A stretch of DNA of 64,000 nucleotides from Spirochaetia bacterium (GTDB lineage Bacteria > Spirochaetota > Spirochaetia > SZUA-6 > Bin103): assembly GCA_965199955.1 (NCBI GenBank), contig CBDATQ010000001.1, positions 1,920,001 to 1,984,000 on the forward strand. The letters run 5' to 3'. The position numbers were made by a program, and so were the translations under genes. The notes beneath the pieces were generated by a model, which saw only the letters and a program-made list of their open reading frames with translations, was not told the DNA's origin and did no database searches. The number at the start of each line of letters is the position of its first letter. Positions within the stretch are counted from its first letter, which is position 1. Shown piece by piece: positions 59,252 to 64,000 of this stretch.

Positions 59252-61063
59252 TCAAGGGATGGTGAGCTCGACCGACTGCAGCATCCCCGTTCCGTTCCCG
59301 GGATGCGCGAGGTGGACGTAGGTGGCGACGAAGCGGCCGCGCTCGTCGTCGATCGGAGCAAGCGAGGGGCAGGTGGCGAGCTGCGACGGATCAGGCGTGA
59401 GCAGCCTTGGCCGGTCCCAGCGCATGCCATCCACGGAGGTGGCGACCGACAGACGAATCCGGTCGCTCCCGTCGCCACGGTGGCTGTGGTGGTTCCAGGC
59501 GACCATGAGACCGGCGCCGCGCGCCAGCGGGGACAGAGCGAGCGGTGCCTCTGGGGCGACCAGGGTGGTGACTTCGGTCGGCATGGACCAGGTGGCGCCG
59601 CCGTCTGGCGACTCGCTGCGGTAGATGCGATGCGTGGAGGTGGCGGCCAGCAGAAATAGGTGGCCGGGCTCGGACTCCGCCACCGCGGGGTAGCGCAGGC
59701 CCGCGCCGGGTCCGGCCAGCAGCGGCCCGTGCCAGCGCCAGGTGCCACCTTCGTCGGTCGAGGTAAGCACTCCTGCCTGTGCGCCGAGGGTGAACGGCAG
59801 CATCAGCGCGGCGTTGCCCTGAGCGAGCCGGCCGTTGGCGAGTTGCAGGCCGGGCTCCAGGCCGGGAGCGGCGCGAGGTCGCGACCAGGCGCTTGCGGTC
59901 CCGGCGCGGGCCGGCGCGTTGCAGACAGCCGCCGCCACCGCCATGCCGCCCGAGGGATACAGCGCCTGATAGACCAGCAGGATCGCCCCGGAGGGCAGGG
60001 GAAGCAGGCTGGGCGCCGTGGCGCCGATGGAGCCGGCTGGCACAAGCAGAGCCGCCGGCCGCGACCAGCCGTCGCCAGCGCTGACCGAGATCGACACTGG
60101 CGCCCGCCCGTCGGCGATCGCCGCCAGCAGCCGTCCGTCCGGAAGGGAGATTGCGTCGCTCGCGCGGGCTGTCTCGGCGATCGTTCCGGGCGCCGCCGTC
60201 CGCGCGGCCGTCACCGGCCGGCTCGCCTTCGTCCCCGCAGGCTCCGCGGACGGCATGGTGAATCGCCGGTCCCGCGGCAACAGGTAGAAGAAGCGATCGC
60301 TCCGCTCCACGCGGGCGGCGCCGCCGTGCGCGGCGCCGGCGAACCGGACGGCGTGCAGGCGAAGCTCCTTGCCGGGGTCCGTGGACTGGTGCGGGTCTTC
60401 CTCGAAGCGGAGCTGGTCACCAGGACGGAAGCCCCGGATCAGGAGCTCGTCGCCGTCGTGCTCCTTGAAGCTCCGGAACGCGAGCAGCCGTGGCTCGGGA
60501 CCGCGTTCGGCGCCGAAGTCGATGACGTGAGGGCCAAGGCCGAGCGTTCGGCTGGTGGCCACGTCAAGGTCGAAACCTGGCTCCCAGCGGTCGGTGCGCA
60601 GTTCCAGCGCACCGGTCTGCGACACCATCAGCTTGAGGTCCTCTGCGACCGCCCGGACGTGCGGGGTGGCGACGATCAGGGTGCCGCCGGGATGCGCGCC
60701 GAAGCGCGGGGCGGCGACCTCCACCCTCAATGGAGCCGCCAGGTGCAGCGTACCGTCGGCGACCTGCAGGGCGACCGGCTTGCCCTGGAAGCGGTCCGCG
60801 CCGGTGAGGACCAGCGTGCCGGAGCCGCCCAGCGTAACGGCTGCCCGAGGGTCGCCCAGATCCACTTCGACGCGGGCTACCGCCACGCGCGCGTCGACGT
60901 CGACGACTCCGGCGACCGGACGGTCGAAACAGGCGCGCTCGTCGGGGAGCGGAGGGCGGCCCGCGTCCCAGCAGCGGCCGTCCTGCCAGCTCCCGCCCCG
61001 CAAAGCGGTCCAGCGGACGGCCGGCGCTTCGCTCACTCGGCGAGTGTGCTTCGCTGGGCTCAC
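59252..61063 (-). CDS. Two-domain protein: unknown beta-rich N-terminus plus sialidase-like BNR propeller
   Basis: Asp-boxes STDEGGTW, SPDGGATW and SVDGMRW in the C-terminal half; GTGA overlap with the upstream gene. Confidence 0.6.
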   Translation of the reverse strand: MSPAKHTRRVSEAPAVRWTALRGGSWQDGRCWDAGRPPLPDERACFDRPVAGVVDVDARVAVARVEVDLGDPRAAVTLGGSGTLVLTGADRFQGKPVALQVADGTLHLAAPLRVEVAAPRFGAHPGGTLIVATPHVRAVAEDLKLMVSQTGALELRTDRWEPGFDLDVATSRTLGLGPHVIDFGAERGPEPRLLAFRSFKEHDGDELLIRGFRPGDQLRFEEDPHQSTDPGKELRLHAVRFAGAAHGGAARVERSDRFFYLLPRDRRFTMPSAEPAGTKASRPVTAARTAAPGTIAETARASDAISLPDGRLLAAIADGRAPVSISVSAGDGWSRPAALLVPAGSIGATAPSLLPLPSGAILLVYQALYPSGGMAVAAAVCNAPARAGTASAWSRPRAAPGLEPGLQLANGRLAQGNAALMLPFTLGAQAGVLTSTDEGGTWRWHGPLLAGPGAGLRYPAVAESEPGHLFLLAATSTHRIYRSESPDGGATWSMPTEVTTLVAPEAPLALSPLARGAGLMVAWNHHSHRGDGSDRIRLSVATSVDGMRWDRPRLLTPDPSQLATCPSLAPIDDERGRFVATYVHLAHPGNGTGMLQSVELTIP

Positions 61064-62643
61064 TCCGCCGGCAGGAACGTGAACGAGTAGAGGTCGGCGT
61101 CGCGCAGGAAGAAGCGCAGCACGCGCCAGCCGGTGTCTCCGGCGGGCGCCGGCACGCGCGGGTTGCCGCCCCAGCTCACCCCGTGCTGCACGGAGTCGCC
61201 GGCGAACGGGTCGCAGGCGTCCCGGCTGCAGGGTTCGATCACCTCGTCGCGGCGGTCGGCCACCTCGACCCGGATCGAGCCGCCGGGGCGGCAGCGGGCG
61301 TTGATCGCCAGGCGGCGGCCGGGGCTCATCACCGGCTGCGTGACGACGATGCCCTCGCGCACGGCGTTGGCCGACAGCGAGGCGAAGCCGTGGCGGCGCA
61401 GCGTCACCAGGCCCAGACCGCCGGAGGTGCCGGTGGGATTGCGCGCTTCGTCATGGTCCAGCTCCTCGTTCGGCCCGGCCAGGAACCAGTCGTGGTGGTA
61501 GTTGAAGCCGCCCTGGTAGAACCAGTGCTCGTCGCCGACGTCGATCGGCTGGCTGAACAGTGACGTCATCCAGGCGTCCCAGTGGCCGGGGCCGCGCGGC
61601 GCCAGGAACGGCTGCCGCTTGGCGGCCGGGCGCCAGCGCAGGCCGTCGCGGCTCTGCAGGAGTTGCACCTCCATCGTGTTGTCCACCTTGTGGAACAGGC
61701 CCGCCGTGCCCAGGTGCTGGTGTCCGATGCGGAACTGCGACAGGCCGTAGTACCCCTCGTCCAGACCGTCCTCGTCGTCGTCCGGCACCGCGATCAGCAA
61801 CGGCTCGCTCCAGTGGATGAAGTCGTGGCTGCGGCTCTGCCAGACGCGCCGCTTGTTCTGGGACAGGGGATCGTGCGGCTGATAGGGGTGGAGGAAGCCG
61901 TGCGCGCGATAGGGGTGGCGCAGGTTGATCGCGCCCGGCAGGCCGCCGAGGTGGGCGCGGATGTTGACCACGAACTCGCGCGAGTGCTCGTCGTACCAGA
62001 GGATGTTGACGTCGCCGGGATTGCCGCCGCGGCTGCCGAAGGTGGGCCGCTCCGGGTACCGTGACCAGTGGATGCCGTCCGGCGAGTGCACGGCGGTGGT
62101 GACACGATTGCGGACGTCGCCTTCGAACCAGATGCGGCGGAGCATGCCGCGGAAACGCTCTTCCGGGCTTGGCGGGTACGGGTCGCGCACGACGGTCATG
62201 GCGTGGGCGTCGCCGAAGTCGCCGCCGCCCAAGACGATGTTGGTGCGCCGGCCGTCGATCGTGCGCACGTCCAGCTCCGGCTTTTCCCAGTGCACGCCGT
62301 CGTTGCTCTGTGCGTACAGCAGCGTGGCGCACATGGCGAAGTTCGCGGGCGGCCGGCTGCCGGGTGACTCGCCCTTGCGGGGATCGCCTTCCTGGTCCTG
62401 GTACCAGCATTTGAACAGGCCGTCGTCAGGGTCGCGGATCAGGGTGGTGGAGCCGTAGTAGGCGATCCACAGCCGGTGCTCCCAGGGCCGGTCCTCCGTG
62501 AACAGCGGTCCGTCCTGGTATCGCGTCGGCGCATGCCAGCGCCGCGTGGCATCCTGGACGGAGGCGATCAACATGTTGTCGACGAAGAGCTGCGGCTCCA
62601 CACCGATCGCGAGCAAGGTGCTGTCCCACGCGTGCTGGTGCAT
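61060..62643 (-). CDS. Beta-propeller glycoside-hydrolase-like protein (GH32/43/130 clan-like)
   Basis: QLFVD, DRPWE, S.DG.HW repeats, SHDFIHW, GFASL and DADLYSF. Confidence 0.75.
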   Translation of the reverse strand: MHQHAWDSTLLAIGVEPQLFVDNMLIASVQDATRRWHAPTRYQDGPLFTEDRPWEHRLWIAYYGSTTLIRDPDDGLFKCWYQDQEGDPRKGESPGSRPPANFAMCATLLYAQSNDGVHWEKPELDVRTIDGRRTNIVLGGGDFGDAHAMTVVRDPYPPSPEERFRGMLRRIWFEGDVRNRVTTAVHSPDGIHWSRYPERPTFGSRGGNPGDVNILWYDEHSREFVVNIRAHLGGLPGAINLRHPYRAHGFLHPYQPHDPLSQNKRRVWQSRSHDFIHWSEPLLIAVPDDDEDGLDEGYYGLSQFRIGHQHLGTAGLFHKVDNTMEVQLLQSRDGLRWRPAAKRQPFLAPRGPGHWDAWMTSLFSQPIDVGDEHWFYQGGFNYHHDWFLAGPNEELDHDEARNPTGTSGGLGLVTLRRHGFASLSANAVREGIVVTQPVMSPGRRLAINARCRPGGSIRVEVADRRDEVIEPCSRDACDPFAGDSVQHGVSWGGNPRVPAPAGDTGWRVLRFFLRDADLYSFTFLPAE

Positions 62644-62700
62644 GCCGGCAGTCTGGCCTATTGCGGACGTGGTGTCATGATGGACAGACGGAGGAGCCAC

Positions 62701-63834
62701 ATGCCTGATCGATCCGTGTACCGAAACGAGATCCACGCCGTCACGGCGGCGCCGTGGAGCCACGCGCACCCGCGCAACGACCACCAGCTCGTCTTCCCGC
62801 TGGCAGGCGACCGGCTGCTGTTCGTCTGGTGCTCCTACTACGTGCGGCGCCCGAGCGCGATCGGCCGGACGCCGTTCGCGGAGGACGCCGGCCTGCTCGA
62901 CGACGCGCCGTGCCAGATCTCCGCGCGCGTGTCGTCCGACCGCGGGCGGACGTGGAGCGACGTGATGACGCTGCAGGAGAACCACGGCGCGAGCAACGTC
63001 AAGCATCCCAACCTGCTGCGCCTGCCGAGCGGACGCATTCTGTTCTCCTACACCGAGCGCGACGCGGCGGCGCAACGGTTGCGCGTGCGCTTGCGGGTGT
63101 CCGACGACGAATGCGAGACCTTCGGTCCGTCGCGCGACATCACGCCGGGACCGGGCTGGTACTTCACCAACGCCGACCACATCCTCCGCCACAGCTCGGG
63201 GCGGATCATCCTGCCGTGCCACGCGGGGCCGACTTACGGGAAGGGCGACCACTGGCAGGCGTTCTGCCTGTACTCCGACGACGAGGGCGAGACGTGGCGC
63301 GAGAGCCGGGTTAAGATGGATCTTCCGAAGCGGGGCGCCGAGGAGCCTGCGGTGATCGAGCGGCGCGACGGCTCGCTGCTGGCGGTGCTGCGCACCTCTC
63401 TGGGCAAGCTGTACCGCGGCTGGTCGACCGATGCCGGCGAGACCTGGAGCATGCCCGAGGCGACCGAGCTCGACTCGCCGTCGGTGGCCACCTGTATGAA
63501 GCGCATGCCGGGCGGCGACCTGCTCCTGATCTGGAACGACACGCCGCCGTACGCGGCTTCGATTCCCGGTTCGGGGCTGACCCACCAGCCGCGCAATCCG
63601 CTGCGCAGCGCGATCTCGGAGGACGACGGCGAGACGTGGCGCAACCGGCGGACCATCGAGGACCGGTTCGGCTACGACAACGCCTATCCCTCGGTCACGT
63701 TCGTCGGCGACGAAGCCGTGGTCGGCTACTACACGACGGTGAAGTCGGGCGTGCGAGGGATGCTGGGCGAGGTGAAGCTGAAGATCTATCCGCTCGCCTG
63801 GTTCTCCCAAGTGGAGCCGCACCCGGAGCGGTGA
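62701..63834 (+). CDS. Sialidase family (BNR repeat) protein
   Basis: Five Asp-boxes (SSDRGRTW, SDDECETF, SDDEGETW, STDAGETW, SEDDGETW), RNPL and AYP; GGAGGAG RBS. Confidence 0.85.
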   Translation: MPDRSVYRNEIHAVTAAPWSHAHPRNDHQLVFPLAGDRLLFVWCSYYVRRPSAIGRTPFAEDAGLLDDAPCQISARVSSDRGRTWSDVMTLQENHGASNVKHPNLLRLPSGRILFSYTERDAAAQRLRVRLRVSDDECETFGPSRDITPGPGWYFTNADHILRHSSGRIILPCHAGPTYGKGDHWQAFCLYSDDEGETWRESRVKMDLPKRGAEEPAVIERRDGSLLAVLRTSLGKLYRGWSTDAGETWSMPEATELDSPSVATCMKRMPGGDLLLIWNDTPPYAASIPGSGLTHQPRNPLRSAISEDDGETWRNRRTIEDRFGYDNAYPSVTFVGDEAVVGYYTTVKSGVRGMLGEVKLKIYPLAWFSQVEPHPER

Positions 63835-64000
63835 CGGTCCTCGTCACCGGCGCCAGCGGGCGGATCGGCCGCCACGTCACCGAGCGGCTCGTGGCCGGTG
63901 GCCGTGCGGTGCGGGCGCTCATCCTGCCGGGCGACCCCCGCCGGCCCCTGATCGAGCGGCCCGGTGTGGACTTCATCGAGGGTTCTCTGCTGGACCGACT
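63831..64000 (+). CDS. NAD-dependent epimerase/dehydratase family protein (5' part, runs off the window)
   Basis: Manual translation VTVLVTGASGRIGRHV..VRAL; GTGA overlap with the upstream gene. Confidence 0.8.
   Translation, partial: MTVLVTGASGRIGRHVTERLVAGGRAVRALILPGDPRRPLIERPGVDFIEGSLLDR

Noticed and set aside
62644..63822. N-terminal extension of the 920-aa ORF 61060-63822
   Set aside because: It is the antisense of the sialidase gene; the real protein most likely begins near 62643.

Overview
High-GC bacterial DNA dominated by accessory catabolic genes: five enolase/mandelate-racemase-superfamily genes, three aldo/keto reductases, two Gfo/Idh/MocA oxidoreductases, xylA, an FGGY kinase, a UxuA-like dehydratase, a heparinase II/III-like protein, several BNR/sialidase-like beta-propeller proteins, PhyH-family Fe/2OG oxygenases, a carbohydrate ABC and a Liv-type ABC transporter, plus fhs, sodC and rlpA. 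Interspersed are toxin-antitoxin modules (dinJ-yafQ, hicB-hicA, higA and brnA-like remnants), an internally deleted IS1634-like element with intact terminal inverted repeats, and a small A/T-richer islet encoding a 2-TM SLATT-like protein with an overlapping unannotated 54-aa proline-rich ORF. The most striking window-wide pattern is a set of 'collapsed' genes that keep separated pieces (usually start and end) but have lost large internal segments, apparently at short shared motifs: tyrS, a PhyH gene, a GH51 arabinofuranosidase, a heparinase-like paralog, a beta-propeller paralog, an MBL hydrolase, an AlbA regulator and the transposase. Several 18-20-nt tandem duplications also occur at gene ends. 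Other points of interest are a PhyH protein with a halogenase-type HxG motif, an apparently catalytically dead enolase paralog coupled to an intact one, and a SodC with an altered Zn site. No rRNA, tRNA or CRISPR array was recognised. All family calls come from motif recognition by eye, with no database search. A host-associated (possibly sponge-symbiont, spirochaete-like) origin is inference only.
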